Below are positions 12,501-27,500 of a stretch of DNA of 64,000 nt, in pieces; the stretch's first letter is position 1; the number at the start of each line of letters is the position of its first letter. The position numbers and the translations under genes were made by a program. Source of the stretch: Phoronis australis (lineage: Eukaryota > Animalia > Phoronida); assembly GCA_002633005.1 (NCBI GenBank), contig NMRA01000257.1, positions 154,731 to 218,730 of the forward strand. The letters run 5' to 3'. The notes below the pieces were generated by a model that saw only the letters and a program-made list of their open reading frames with translations, had not been told where the DNA came from and did no database searches.

Positions 12501-15500
12501 CCGTATTCTGCTCAGAACAAATACCGTATGTAACAGACAATTCCTAAGCACTATTCTCACATACTCACTTGGAACAAAATAGAAGTTGAAGTTGACCTAC
12601 TTGGACAAGAGCGGAAGTTGTTAATGGGTGTAAACTTATGGCATCCTCATGGTTGAAGTACACTTTTTGAAATCTGAGTTGTAGCTTACGACGAGCAGTC
12701 TTTTAGAAATGAGTCGTCCTTAAACTAAGAAAACGATTCCAAGGTTCTTCCATATAGGTACACGAGGAAGTGAAAATGAAAACATATTGTTCTTAAGGTA
12801 CACCTTTTACGTTAAGGTCTCTCATAGAATACGGTCCTTAATGTCTTTGCAACATTATGAAAATCGTTAAGGCCAGGTTATGCCTAAAATCATCCTTGCG
12901 ATGCATTTGTTGTGTTTGAATACGGAATCATATTTGATCTTAAGATTGCTTATGCGCGGACGTAGAATACCCGAATAAACTAGCCAAGTTAATTCTTCAT
13001 AAACATAACGATTACGCGTTTTAGATAAGATGTATTGCAATAAAGCACAACATCACTCACAAGCACAAACATTAAAGCATTCATTTCTCACCATCAGCTG
13101 ATAACCATTTCGATAGATCGTGTTTGATACATTTAGAACATCTTAGCTGAAGAAAAGGCAAGCTTAATGCTTGATCTAATTTTGCTTACTCTGCCGCCAA
13201 GTGCAAGGGCGTTTTCTCTTCAAAGTCTTTGGCATCCGAAGAGGCAAAATGCTCCAGTAACGCTGTTACGATTTCTCCTTGGCCTAACTGAGAAGCCACG
13301 TGTAAAGCGGTTTGTTCGTATCTGTTAGGGACCTCCAGCAGACCACAATTTACTCGCTGAAAACAGTGCGAAATAGTTAAACTGTATGTAGCTCGTATTA
13401 CTGCACGATTTTCTTAATTATTTCCTAGGAATACGACAGGTCCACTTTAAACGAAGCTTTTTCTATTCCCTCAAGAAAAGATTGGGAACGTGCTTAGATC
13501 CTTAAAGATGTTATTTTTGAGGATCTAAGCACGTTCCCAATCCGTAAGCTATTGTTCGAATATTGTTCCAACTTAAAGAAAGCTTGGAAATCTAACTGTC
13601 CTCAGTCGAATCAGTTGATTGAACGACTATATAGCACTTTGTCACAAGCTATCACATATATTCTCGAGTTTGACTAGTTTCCTTAACTCCTGTGAAATTC
13701 AATGGGGCGAATAGTGATACAATCAACTTACATATGCAGTCTGGTATGTTTTCGATAATAAGAAAGATAAATATAGAGTCACTGAAAGTTACCTTATTTA
13801 TCTCGTTGATGAAATACATTGATGTGTCGTTACAGTTGCTCTCGATAGCCAAGTGAAGACACGTTCTGTTTTGGTCATCTACACTTGTAATGTGCGCGCC
13901 ATGTGATAACAAGAACTCTGCCGACTCTTTGTGACCGCTTTGAGCAGCCCATAAACATGGCGTCATTGAGTTAACGTCTTTCGCGTTGATTTGAGCTCCG
14001 TGATCCAACAACAACTTCATTACTCCACAACTTTCAAACATTGACGTCCTAATTTGAACAGAAACGAAAACGTTCGCGATGCTTACACCTTCAAAACTCA
14101 GAAATCATGGTAATACAAATGATCATCTGCGCGATGATCAAGCTGGACACAAACAAAATAGCTCAACATGAATCACAACTTTCTGCTATTTCAGTTTCAT
14201 TACTGATGTCATTTTTTAACTTTGATACACAATGAGAGTAAACTGTACTTTGAATATTTAATTTTATTCCAAGCTCCTAATCTAGGGACTACTATGCTCG
14301 TCCGGGTTACCGCCCATGCTCGGCTTACCGCCCTCTCCCTGTTTTTTAGATTTACAATTTAAGCGCCCTGGGCGGTAAACCGGACGAGTAAGGTAAGCTC
14401 AAGATAAAATGATGTGACAGAGAAAATAACAATTATAGTGAAATAAACAAAGTCCAGACAGGTGAGACCTGCAGGATATTTGGTAACGAATGTCTTTTGA
14501 CATGATAAACACTGAGAGGCCAGAAAGTGTTAACTTTACCTGTGCAGCGGAGTCATCATATTTTCATCCACCGCGTCTACTCTCGCCCCTTGGCTTATCA
14601 ACATTGATGCGATGGAAATGTGATCGTGAATAGCAGCTACGTGTAGCGGGGTCCACATGTTTTCCTTAACGATATTTGTAGAAAATTTAATCAAATGCAT
14701 TGCATGTATGAAGGTTCTACGTTATTTTATATAAAGCAGCAGGTTCTATCAAAAGCTATATTGATCTAGACGGTTTACAGTTATGAATTCGGTCGTCTGG
14801 CAAGTTGTGCTTTGTCACGGCGAGTTACTTCAGTCGCTAAGGCAGTGATACCAAACAATTTACTGAAGGATGCGATTGTAACTTCACGAAATTGCCGTTT
14901 TGGAAGACCAAAATCGCCGCATGGAGAACGAGTACATTATTGGTTTTACGACCGAATGCGTTTGCGGTGTATTATTTTTGGATGGTATAGACTTCTTGGA
15001 GTTACTAGATTTAGATCACAGTTATAAAACAACCAAATTCGTTGTATTTTTGTGATTTTAATACAAATTGCCAAATGAATTATCTCAGTTGTCTGTCAGA
15101 CATCTACGGTGACCACCTGTTATCAAGTGAGATTTCAGTGACTTCGCGGCAGCTGCAGGTTTCCGTTAAGTTTGTTGCTGGGCTTGTCGATAATGTCAAC
15201 CTAAATGTGTACCTGTTGTTAATTTGCCGCGCAACGTACCGGCGTTGTCAGCTCATGTTGTGTAAAAGTTATCAATGAATGTCAAGTACAGTATAAGTCG
15301 AGAAACAAATAAAACAACGTTTGTCCCACAAAACAAGACTCGGCCGTAAATAACCACCTGGTAATATACGGCAAAACGCGACATCTTTTCCAAAATGTAT
15401 AGTGATCGATTGTTCCTTTTTCCATCTCAATCGCCTCCTGCCAGTTTTTCAAAATCTCTCCACAGGGCGTCGGGTGACTGTGTTGTGCGTGAACTTTGAA

Positions 15501-18500
15501 TCCTGGTTAATCTCAAGATCGCGTACAATGCGTGAACTTGGCATTGACTATTCATTTGGGCAATCAGGTGAAATTTTTTATTCAGTGTGAAGAATTTTTG
15601 TAATTATTGGCCTCCTGGTCACCCATTTTCAACCTTTATCGTAACTTGTGCTAAATAATCCAATGCAAACACGAAAAAATAAATAAATTTTACGCTTTTA
15701 AGAAAAAGACATACATTGCAATGAAAACCTTTAAATTTTATGAACGTTTTATTTTTGTAATTGATTTTTGCGCACATGATTTCGGACAAACGCAACACAC
15801 ACAGTTGTCTGCTCCTGACACAGTTACAATTCCGAAGCAAGTTTACGAAAAATTCGCACGTCTTGGAGTATACTGTTAGTTTATATTCAAGTAAGCCCAT
15901 GCCTGTCTAACATTTTTAAAAACGCTCATTATCCTTTCATATGGATGCAATCAGTTTTCTTGTACAAAAATATTTGCATATGGCCTGTGTTCACCCTTGT
16001 TAAATCGACTTGCATATCGACGAATCTGGAAACAACAACTCACAGCTATCATTACGAAAGTTGTATAACTTTTATTTTTCCACTTAAAAGAAGTGCGTAT
16101 TGTCCCACCTTCGTTGCTTCCGCGTCGGCGCCATGACAGAGGAGTAGCTTGACTACTTCTTCGTTGCCATTCCCCACAGCTACATGTAGAGCTGTCTCCC
16201 CTCCATTGTTCTTTGTATTGACATACTGCGCAAGGCTAATTCCACGTCTTTCGACTAGTAATGGAAGAATAGTGAAGAGGTGGAAAATCGTGAAAATTAC
16301 AATAAAGGCAATGATGACGCTGTAATTACACTGTAATTAAAAGTACTGATTAATCATGGTAGTAGTTTAATAACAATTATCAGTGATATATCCATTCCTG
16401 TATCTAAACCTGGATCTGCGCTCTTTGACTTAATCCATACCTGCGCCAGCGCTAATCTGCTTTAAATTTTGTCTACGGGTAGCTGAATTCCGATCTCGCG
16501 TAGTCACAGTTTCCCAAGCATGCCGTTATGTAATCTTTTTGTTCAGCAATTGGACAGCAATAATTGTTTTTGAAAATTCAAAAAGCACAGGAATAACCAT
16601 TCAAGTTTATTACAAAAACCCATTTATAAATATCAAAATGAAGCTTTGAAAGCGACGTGGGTTTGAATCAAAAGTGGCAAAATAGAGATTAGGAAGGCAT
16701 TTGGTTCGCACACGGATTCAACGAAATGCAAATTTTATAAAAACTGCAAACTGTATAACATTGGGATAGTCCTGTGGTGCATGAATGAGTGTACGTCAAT
16801 AAATGAAATTATGAATGGCTTTATTAAAGGCGAAGGCAACCTTTTTTATGTCACTTTTAGCAAAAATAAGGTTCGTTGATTATCCCAGACACATCTTTCA
16901 CTTAATTACAGCTTTTCGTAATTTGATTAATTTCTCGTCCTCTACTCCGGAAGTGACGTTTTGGGAGGCAAGAGTTTCGCGCCAATTTCTTTTCATAATA
17001 GTCTGACTGTGAGAGCAGTCGAGTCAGTCATTGTTCTACCTCGTTTGTGATAAGTTCGGTCGTCGTTTGCTTTTGTTTACAAGTCAGTCAACATGCCACG
17101 CTGTTGCTGCGTGCCGGGATGTACTCATTATCGTCTCACACGCGGTTTGGGTACCTTGCGTCGCTTTCCGAAGGATGACACACTTTGCCATACTTGGCTA
17201 GCTCGTTCATGTGAAGAACGCAGCGCTACCCGTCCACGCAACGTACAAAGCAATGGAGGGTTACCGAGTGTGTGGCAAGCATTTTCTGCCGTCAGATTAT
17301 GACAGTTATGTACGCTGAATTGATGGAAGTCCCTGCGAAACAACGCCTGAAGAAGGGTACCATACCGTCGCTGTTGATTCCCGGCAGTGCCCCGTCGTCA
17401 ACCCCGAGAAAGGCGTTTTTTAAGCGAGAAGCGTCGCGAGGTGTGGCCACTATATAGTGACTGGAGGCACTTCATCTACTGTTACCCGTGCCTCCGAACG
17501 TACCCCATTGCGTGCAATTCCGGGAACTAGCAGTGATTTGCCCTGTGCTGTTGTCTCTAGCCCAGAGCCTGTAAGCAGCCCTGCAGCGATGTTGAGTAGT
17601 GGGAGTGAATACAGGCCCAGTTCGACACCCAGTGAAGAGGACAGTTCGTCATCCAATGAACAGATCGGTGAGCCTAAGTTTGATAAGTTTATTGTGGACT
17701 TGTATTGGAGCTATTTGGAAGGTGCCAGGTGTGTGGCGCGGGAGTCACACGGCGGGATATAAGCAGTTTGGGGGCTCAGATCACCCTCCAGTGGGAGTGT
17801 GTCGCGGGACACTCGGGCAAGTGGGACAGTTCTTCCTCCTCTGTACGTGAGACGATAATGAGTACACCCCAGTATGCAGCAACAGCGTGGCATGTTGACT
17901 GACTCGTAACCAAAAGCAAACGACGACCGAACTTATCACAACCGAGATAGAGCAATGACTGACTCGACTGCTCTCACAGTCAGACTATAAGAAAAGAAAT
18001 TGGCGCGAAATTCTTGCCTCCCAAAACGTCACTTCCGGAGTAGACGACGGGTAATTAATTAAAATACGAAAAGTAGTAAATAAGTGAAAACTGTGTCTGG
18101 GATAATCAACGAACTTTATTGTTGCTAACAATGACATGAGAAAAGGTTGCCTTCGCCTTTAAGTATACTGCTTCTTGTATGGAGCTCTAACAGCTTGATG
18201 CCGGCTGATGGTCAATGGCGTCCCGTGGAGCACCACTGATTCCCACTACGCGCGACGGAATATAATCACTAGACAATAAAGGCATAAATTTAGTAGAGGT
18301 TACATAAGAAACCAGTGCATTTGTGTCAGTCTCAGTTTCGGTGTCAACCATGGGGAAAATGATAAACATGATTTTTTTTCTGAAATAAAAAATTGTGTAG
18401 AGCGCAATAATCCCCAAATGATGCAGGTCCTTATTTTACGTTCAACGCAAAAAATGCGTAGTCGTCAATCAAACACAAAGAACCTAACTTCTGAAATTCC

Positions 18501-21500
18501 CAATAAAAAACAGTTTACCTTCGTTGAGAATGTGAGTAACAACTGACCAAAAACCTTCCGCTGCAGCCGTCGCTAGTACAGTGCGCCCACTACTGTCCAC
18601 AGCTCTGAGATCAGCGCCCTGATCCAACTGAAAAGGATGATTTCATTTGACTTGTAAGAAGTAACTTGTCTTTCAAGAAATATCAGAAATCGTGTTTTTC
18701 GTTCGACTACAATTTATATTTTCTACTCCGTTATGCATATTTTGAAAAAAATCAAATTATAATGTATAAGTTGGTAGCTTACATTCGATAACCTGTTTTT
18801 TGTGGGAACATTTTGCTTCTTACGTATCATGGTCACTATATTCATTTTGAGAGAAATATACGTATGCTGCTATTCCAAGTACAAACAATCTCCAGGCACC
18901 AGGACAAAGCTTTTACACTCATCAGCACATTTCCTTCAATAATGAGCATAGCTCATTGACCAGATGAACTCAGTTCACCGGCTCACCGACCGCCGAACAC
19001 GTATTGGACCCCAAAAGCTTCGTCGCTCGGACTCCCAAACCCCGAGATACCCAACCATGTGGAGGAGTGGTCACGAAAAGAGACCTATTTTGGAGGATTT
19101 GGTCCCATAAACACAACTTTTTGTAGGGGTTAATTCCATCAATCGAAACCTTTCGTGAGGATTCGTGGACTCATACGGTACACGAAGAGATGCCACGTTG
19201 GTTGAAAATATAGGCAATAATAAAACACTTCTGTTGCTTTGTGTTGTTGAAAAGAAGAAACTTTTGTAGCCTTCCGTCCCCTAAAGTGAAATCTTTTACA
19301 GGTAATTAAATCGGAAAAAGCACAATTACGTAGGGAAATTAGTCGTGAAAATGTCACCCCATCCACCTGAGGGGCACGTGCCGTATACCTCGATGAGTAC
19401 CTCGTCTCAAATCCCGGATAATAATCATGGCTCGGTGACCCCATGTCCATGTACTGTACATGTACGCGTTTGGCGGTCAACAATGAGTTGTGTTTGCCAG
19501 TTCCGGGAACTAAACGAATTTTTGGGTGTGAAAGCCGAGTCCTGGATGCTGTTTGGAGATTAGTCGCCGCATTCGTACATCAACCGTGTTTGTAAGTGAA
19601 GAAGCCGTAGTTGGTGCAGGTACCTGATATAGGACGTAACATGTGTAGATTACTTACTAAAGCCGTGACAATATCAACGTTGTTCTGAAGGCACGCCTCG
19701 TGAAGAGGTGTGCATCCATCCAGATCAAAACAGTTGACGTCACAACCGTGAAGAAGAAGGCACTGGAATGAAATGCAGCCAGGGTGAGTCATTCCTTACA
19801 GTCAAGGTTACTTTAATGCATCATAACAAGCATCAACAGTACAAGTTCTCATTTTCCACTTTTTAGAATTCCCAGGGCAACCTATTACCTGATCATCTAT
19901 TATATAAAATGCATCGTTTGCACAAACTCCGTCTCCCCCACTCCCCTACAGACCTTCGTTGCGCCCGTTTCGGAACTGCCTTGGTCCCAGGTATTGCATC
20001 GACCCCCTTTTTGGATTCGAGGTGTTCTATTTTTTTTCTCGCGGGCCTTGGTGACGTCAGTCCGTCGGCACAACGGCCTGCCAGTGGGTGACGTCACTCC
20101 GTCGGCTTAATTTCACTCCCTCCGGCTTCCTGCGTCGCGTATATAATTTATCGGGCCTGTCGCCGCCAAAATTAATGATGTCTCATTAAAAAAATTTTAC
20201 TCTTCCTTGAAAAATTAAATTATTTACCCGGGTGTTGGAAAATTGGCGTTCTTCTTTGGGCGCCATTGCGTCACCTATTGGCCAATTTCCATGTTCTTCA
20301 ATCAACTGTGAGGTTGCTTACATGTCATAACAGTTGGAAGTGGTTTCATTTCGTTACAAGTTTTTACTATTGTAATACCAGAAAACCTAATTTCAGAACA
20401 AACTCTCGAGAGTTATCGCACAATTTTAGGAAACGGCGTGTACGTGCGCGTGTCACGAGTATCATCACTGTTTTCAAAACGACCCTGACGACAGAAAGTT
20501 CCTTTGTTACAAAAGGCAGAGAATTGCAAAATATAACGTCTATTAGATTTTTTTACTTCTACCAACGACTGTAACGGGCAAGGTGAATGTCGGTTCATTC
20601 CCAGATTCTGCATGCATCCCTGCAGGTTGTTATCTCTACTAGTNGCGTCACCTATTGGCCAATTTCCATGTTCTTCAATCAACTGTGAGGTTGCTTACAT
20701 GTCATAACAGTTGGAAGTGGTTTCATTTCGTTACAAGTTTTTACTATTGTAATACCAGAAAACCTAATTTCAGAACAAACTCTCGAGAGTTATCGCAAAA
20801 TTTTAGGAAATGGCGTGTACGTGCGCGTGTCACGAGTATCATCACTGTTTTCAAAACGACCCTGACGACAGAAAGTTCCTTTGTTACAAAAGGCAGAGTA
20901 TTGCAAAATATAACGTCTATTAGATTTTTTTACTTCTATCAACGACTGTAACGGGCAAGGTGAATGTCGGTTCATTCCCAGATTCAGCATGCATCCCTGC
21001 AGGTTGTTATCTCTACTAGTTTCAACACGAAGTGGCGAGCTGAGCACCCGGGTAGTGTGCAATTATTTCGTCGTCTAAACCGAGCTCTACACACAGCTAC
21101 CTCAGTCGCTGTATGTTGACGATAACACGGGTAACGGCTAGTACCTTTTAATGCAGGAAGTTTTTGTTTAATTAATATCTTAACTCACGGTGTTCAAAGG
21201 TATGAATACAGCCCTCTAATGGAAAGAACAACTTTCAAATCAATACTTCACACTCTGGGTTCAACAGCCATAGGCAAATCGCAATGTTCTCAATGTTTCC
21301 CGACCAGACGAGAAAAAGCCCATATGGCAGCTGTATTGTTTGCTTGTATACTTACAAGTATTGAGAACTGATTTTTTTTGTTTACCCATTAGCGCAGGCT
21401 TTTTCACTTTCCGTATAACAGTAGGGATTATGGATTTCTACGATTTTCAAAGTTATCTTCATCAAAATTAAACGAAGCATCAAGATCAATCTCACTAATT

Positions 21501-24500
21501 TCTATATTTCCTGTATGTCAGAGGAAACAACTTAAAACCAATTTTAGGTTTTTTACACAATAACATCTTTCTTATTTATGACACGAAATTTCGCTTGGTT
21601 GGTAATTTCATCGGTTTTCTTCAGGTGTTGAAAACGCTCTCAGTCATGATGGTACCGGTGACAGTAAACCACTTTGTGGTGTATAAAACACATTTAACCA
21701 CAATTAGAGGCGCGGTCTCGTATTTTTTCGATGAGATTGAATACAGTATTGATCTGCTCCAAGTTAGTGTTTTTCAAAAAAAGTACCTGAACAGGACAAG
21801 TACAAAACTAATAACGAACCTTCACCAAGGAACTTCCTCCTCGCCTAGAAGCAATGTGTAGTGCTGTTTTTCCTTTGTCGTCCTTCACGTCTGGATTAGC
21901 TTTCGCTCCAAGAAGAGCATTTAGAGCGTCAATGGACCTGAACTTACAAGCCACATGCAAAGGCGTGTAGCCGTCTATTCCCTGAATGTCAACATTTGTA
22001 CACGTAGACAACAGGATGTCCATTACAAATACCCTGGAAATGCACAGACGCATAAGCATCAACACAACGGTCTCCTTTTTTAATTTAAGAAACATTCATA
22101 AAACCAGGGGTTATATATGTCATGAAACCGAATTGTGATATCTAGGCTTACGATGATAAAAGTGCTGACTGAAATTGAAGTTAGTGGAAGTTCAGGAATG
22201 ATTGGAAGAAGAATGCTTAGCACACGCCCTAAATAAAACTTAGATTGTACGTGTGCTGGGTGCAGCACCAGTTTTATTAAGGGGTTGTTTACTATAAGAT
22301 AATACTTAGTTAGACTACCAGAAACAAAAATAAGCTCCACTTTGCTTCTTGAAGGACTCACTTAGTTCAAGTGTCGGAATGAATTTGCAATCTGCAAAGA
22401 GTAGATCTACGTTTGTCATTTTCATATCATTTTTATAACGGATCTGACCTCGTCAGTGCGCATTCAGCCAACAGTCGGAATATCGGAGCTTTCAGTAATG
22501 CCTGGTTTGTTATCGTTATATCGCTCGGAGATGTATTAACGAACACGAATTTAGTGCGCAAGCGAACGTCAAGTAGGTAAGTAATGCCGCGAATTCAACG
22601 AAGTTCTGTTTTTGACAAAATACAACACCTTGCAGGCCTGCCTGTGTCAGTTCATTCCCATATTTGAAATAAGTCAGCTGTCAAATGCAATGCTGCATTT
22701 TGTTTTTGTCTGATGCTGATAGCCCTCGCGTGCATTTTAACTGCGACAGAGTAGCTCCGGAAGCCAGAGATCACTTTTGAGCGAAGTTATACTGAAAATC
22801 ACAAAACTCAGCATGTTCAGACTTACCTGTCAATGAATTTAATTAGATGTCCACTAATCCTTTAATCTTGCAATTAAATTAGATTCATTCCTATCAGTGG
22901 TGTAATTTACTTGGCCACAAGTTAAAATTTGTCAGTTGACAGCATTGTTTTGTTACGGCCAGGGTCTGGTGACCCATAATTTGCATATAGACAAAAAATG
23001 AATGTGAGATTGTTGTTGGTTTTTATATCCAATTTATTATTCGCAGGTAACTTTTTCCAAACACATCGTTTATAATGGTTTATTTAACTAATCAAAAGGT
23101 AGGCCTAAATCTGTTGAGCGTTCCCATTACAATGAGGCCATCGCCTGTACTCAGGTACATGAACACCACAGACTCTCTACTCATGTACATGTACTATGCA
23201 CATTTTCAAATGACCAACTTAATTCGTTGTCAATTATCAACTATGGATAAGTGACACTTGATGAATGAAATAAATTGTGTTTGTACGCTAATGGACATTA
23301 CAACCGGTTCTCAAAACCGAATTGGCTTGTATTGACTTTCACGTGCACAATGGCAGACGTCACTATCCGCATTAGTGTCGTTGCCAACCGACGGAGGCAC
23401 AGTGAGTGCTTGTTGCTTTATCAGTGAACGTGTTTTGACAGTGATAAGACCGTTAGTAATGAAGCAGAACGAATGTCCTTTCTGTAAATTATAGACAAAA
23501 TAAAAAGAATTGTTAAAAATCAGTCACTCCTACCGTAGCCTACGAAAGAGGTAAATTAACAATGACGCCAACACAAGGTTTTCGACTCATTTTGGCATTT
23601 TTTATTGAAACATAAATAAATGACAATACATTAAGCTAATAATATTTAGGCCAGAAAGCAAACCATTATATCCAGACTTCTAACCATTAAACAATGACTT
23701 ACTTTAATAAAATGTAATATTGAGAAAAAAAAACAAGAAAACAAAAAAGGAAAATCATAAGGTAATGAAGGAGAACATGTTAACAAGAGAATAATATACA
23801 AAAACATAAACAAAACAAAACAGAAAACTAAGCGTAGTTCCCTATTAAAATGTTTAAAAATAAAATCACTAGGATTTCCAAGTTGTGATTCAAATTGTGA
23901 CAACCATATCACTGAAAACTAGTTTTTTCATGCCTGTTACAAAGATTTTGAAAATGTACCCAGATATGATCGTTGTATTATAGGTTGCGAAAGAACTGTA
24001 CACGCTCAGCATTGTATACGGGTCATGAAAGAAAAGTAGTGAACATCATGACTATTAATTGCACCACAAGTACATTTATTAGACAATTTGACAAAATTAT
24101 GATAGAACTTTTGTGAATTGAGGTACAACTCCGCTCACAATTGGTTAACGAGAATTTCTTTTTCACGCAATAAACATAATTTAGTAGAAATGACTTAAAC
24201 TTGACAATTATTAGGCTACTTTAAGTTCCAGAGGTAAACTATTTCATAAATAGAAAATCCTACATAAGTCTCAAGTTTATGACATGGGCTAAACCTCTTG
24301 GACATTTTGTCAGAATCCCGAGGCTTGCCGAGTGGGATATTACTTCATCTACGCCAATCGAGGTACGTTTTGTATTTATCCCATACGCTTCGAATTCCTA
24401 AGTTTCTTTCATTAAGTTTTCGGCAGATTCTTTGAATGCTTCACCCAGACTGTTCACGAGGCGGATCACAACAGTTTTAAATGTAACGATTTCATACTTG

Positions 24501-27500
24501 AAACGAGATAAAAAAGATGAAAACAAAGGTGATTGTACAATGAACTTGTAACATTTCCTGAAAATAGTTAAATAACAACAATATTTGATATTGTAGTTAC
24601 GAGGAATCGGTGCCTGAGTTGCATACGATGTAATATCTAGCAATTGAAAACTGAAACAGAAGTGTCATATAATAAACAGTTTTGTTCCAGATGTAAAGTT
24701 TGGGTCCTCGTTACAAGTTGAGTGTTTTTCCACTGCTGCAATTGAATTACTTTGCTCTATTTTTGGAAAGTTTGATGAATGAACCGCGACGTCGAGTCGA
24801 CATTGACCTACCTTTTGAACTTTCCAGAGGTCACTGTTGAAGTAGTGCGGGGGTGAATACGGAAAATAATATCACATGACTGTATTACACTCGACAGATT
24901 CAACGCGTATGGGATAATTTTCATCGATAACTTCATAGAAATAGATTATCAAGTGCTGTTTCCGTAGCAGGGAGGGGGGGGGAAGTCCAGTCGAGAGAAC
25001 CAAAGACTTTAATTGCACTATAACCCTAATTGACAGCTCCTGCCACACAAACAGCAGGTTGGTATGCTACAAAAGTCTATTGAGCTTACAAAGTGTGGTC
25101 AAATTAGTGTTATTATAAATAATATATGCATAGTCAGTATGAGGAAGAATGAAAGAGTTATTAATAAAGTCTAAGTGGCAAATAGAAATATCGAAAGGTT
25201 TCTGAAGAGGTTGAGAAGTTATTAAATATTTGAACACATTGACGATTCATTGTGAGTACAGGATCTACTTGAGCAGAACACCCAAATGGTTAACTGGCAC
25301 TCTTTGAGCAATGGTAGTCATTCAAATACAGTCGTGGGAGTTTGTCAATATTGTGTAGATTTTTGCGAAAACGTCATGTCGTAACTTTTGGACTTAGCTT
25401 TCCCAAATGAACAGTAAATAAATCAAGGTCCCTTTTTAAAAGACTTGCACCTTCTGAATAAGAAAAAATATAAGTATAATCAGCATATAAAAACTCTTAT
25501 AGTACAGTACACCAGGTAGATCATTAATGAATACCAGAAGAAGCAACGGTCTCAATACATTGCCTTGTGGTGCACCAGCACTGGCGTATCCAATTGGCGA
25601 TTCACCAGAAACAACTCCATGCACACGAACTGCATAGGTTTTATTTAAAACATACGATTGAAACAAACTCTACACAGTTCAACCGTTCCACTTATTCCAT
25701 ACTTACGAAGTTTAAATAATAGACGATCATGAAGCACCATATCATTTCGGTTAATTAACCTCGAAGAGAGTTTCACTCTGTTAAAATTATTTTACTAAAC
25801 AGTCATGGTTTGAAAACTATTAATTTGAAGTTCGAAAGCGTAGCAACAAAAATGTATTGGTGGGCAACGTAAACGTAAAAAAATTAAATCGTGTCACAAT
25901 TTTAAAACGCTCAGCGCACATTACAGAATATTGTTCTGGAATGGCTCGAATCTGTGTTAGGGTTTTTACATAGGCCTAACGTACATGAATTCTCAAACAT
26001 TTTGAGTGCTCGAAATCTCTGTTCTAAGCTTTGTGCCATTTCGCTAATTCCACTGCGGGTACTAGTAGCAGACAAGTTCCAGGTACCCATAGGTAGGTCT
26101 AAGACCATGTTATTTTACATAACTCAAAGAGCCTCTTCCGTTTCGCTGTCTTTATTCCTGCAGTCCAAAACAAAAAGTGAATAGCGCACTTTTCCGTTTC
26201 GATCCGCTGATGTGGACATGAAGTCTACTTATTAGAAAATCAAGGCACCAACGCCAAATTCACGTCTACGGGTTTTGTGAGTTCATTTTAGTCTAGTAAC
26301 TAACTTTAAACTGAGACCAGTTATAATAACTGGTCTCAACTCGTGGGCCATGAGCATAGGCCACATTTTTAGGGGTGCAATTTTGTTTTGAAAGTCATTT
26401 AAACTAATTGTCAGAATATAGATTGACACAGTTTTAGTTTTATTGGGTTTTTGTTCTGTTTGTATTATTGATTTGCATGATGACCTCTGGGGTCAGTACA
26501 GTGATGGTGTAATTTGTTTACTACAGAGTAGTGTGGAACTTTCTAGAAGACTCTAGTATGTCAGTGATTAATGTAGTCTGGAATATTCTAGAGACTAGTA
26601 TATGTTATTGTTTGTAGAATGATTGGGTAGATTCCGAAAAGTTCTAGAATGTGCTTGAATTGGTGAAAAGTTCTAGAACGTTGCATGATACTATGAATAC
26701 CCAGACGTGGGTTTTTGACAGGCAGCTAAGCAGTTAAGGAGTTAAAAGTTGAAAACCAGTTAGTTACAAGAGAGTTACAGTTGATTTGCTGAAAGTGTCT
26801 CAGAAGTTCATCGCAAGTCAAGGCTACGCAGCACTGGCTGGAGCGTAGAACAGACATAACATCGGACGTTTTGTTTGAGTAGACTTATGAACGTACGATC
26901 GAGATTAATGAAGTGATTAACCCGAACCACTGGTTCGAGTTCTTCAGTCTATCGTCGCACCGAAAGCTATTAGCACCGGTTGGTAACCACCTGCGCCCAC
27001 CCACACACAGGGAAAAACGTGACACTAATTAGCTGACATACAATAAGCATATTAGAAGTGAATGACCTGTTATATCTCGCGGCATAATGAAGAGAGGTGT
27101 AACCGTTATCGTCGAGCTCTGTCGCTGTCTGTGGGTTTATTTTCATATACCTTTCTACAGTTGCTGTCTCTCCGTCGCGAATGGCCTGTAAAGTATATCG
27201 CGGTCGTATGTACTCTTGTGGACAGCTAAAGCACAAAAAATGTATTCAACAGCAGATGAGAAATAAAAGAAACAAAACGGATTTTGTGGTTCTGCAACTG
27301 TGGCAAAGATACTAACCTCAAAAGGTCTACCTCATCCACCAATAATCCTTAAAATGTGCCTTTCGCCCGTAAAGAAAATGTCCCTTAAGCATGTATATTG
27401 GTGTGACTGGTTGGACGTGTACATTTAAGGCCTAAACATTTAGAAGCATGCTCTCTCTGCTTCTGTTTAGCTTAGGTTATTCAAGACCCAAGAACAATGA

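Noticed and set aside
20052-20096. Two perfect CRE motifs (TGACGTCA)
   Set aside because: They lie in a short direct repeat inside repeat-like intronic DNA, with no evidence of function.
20268-21020. Apparent 376-bp tandem duplication giving twin ORFs
   Set aside because: The junction is a single N (20644) and the copies differ by only about 5 substitutions, consistent with uncollapsed alleles or contig overlap; the ORFs have no recognisable motifs.
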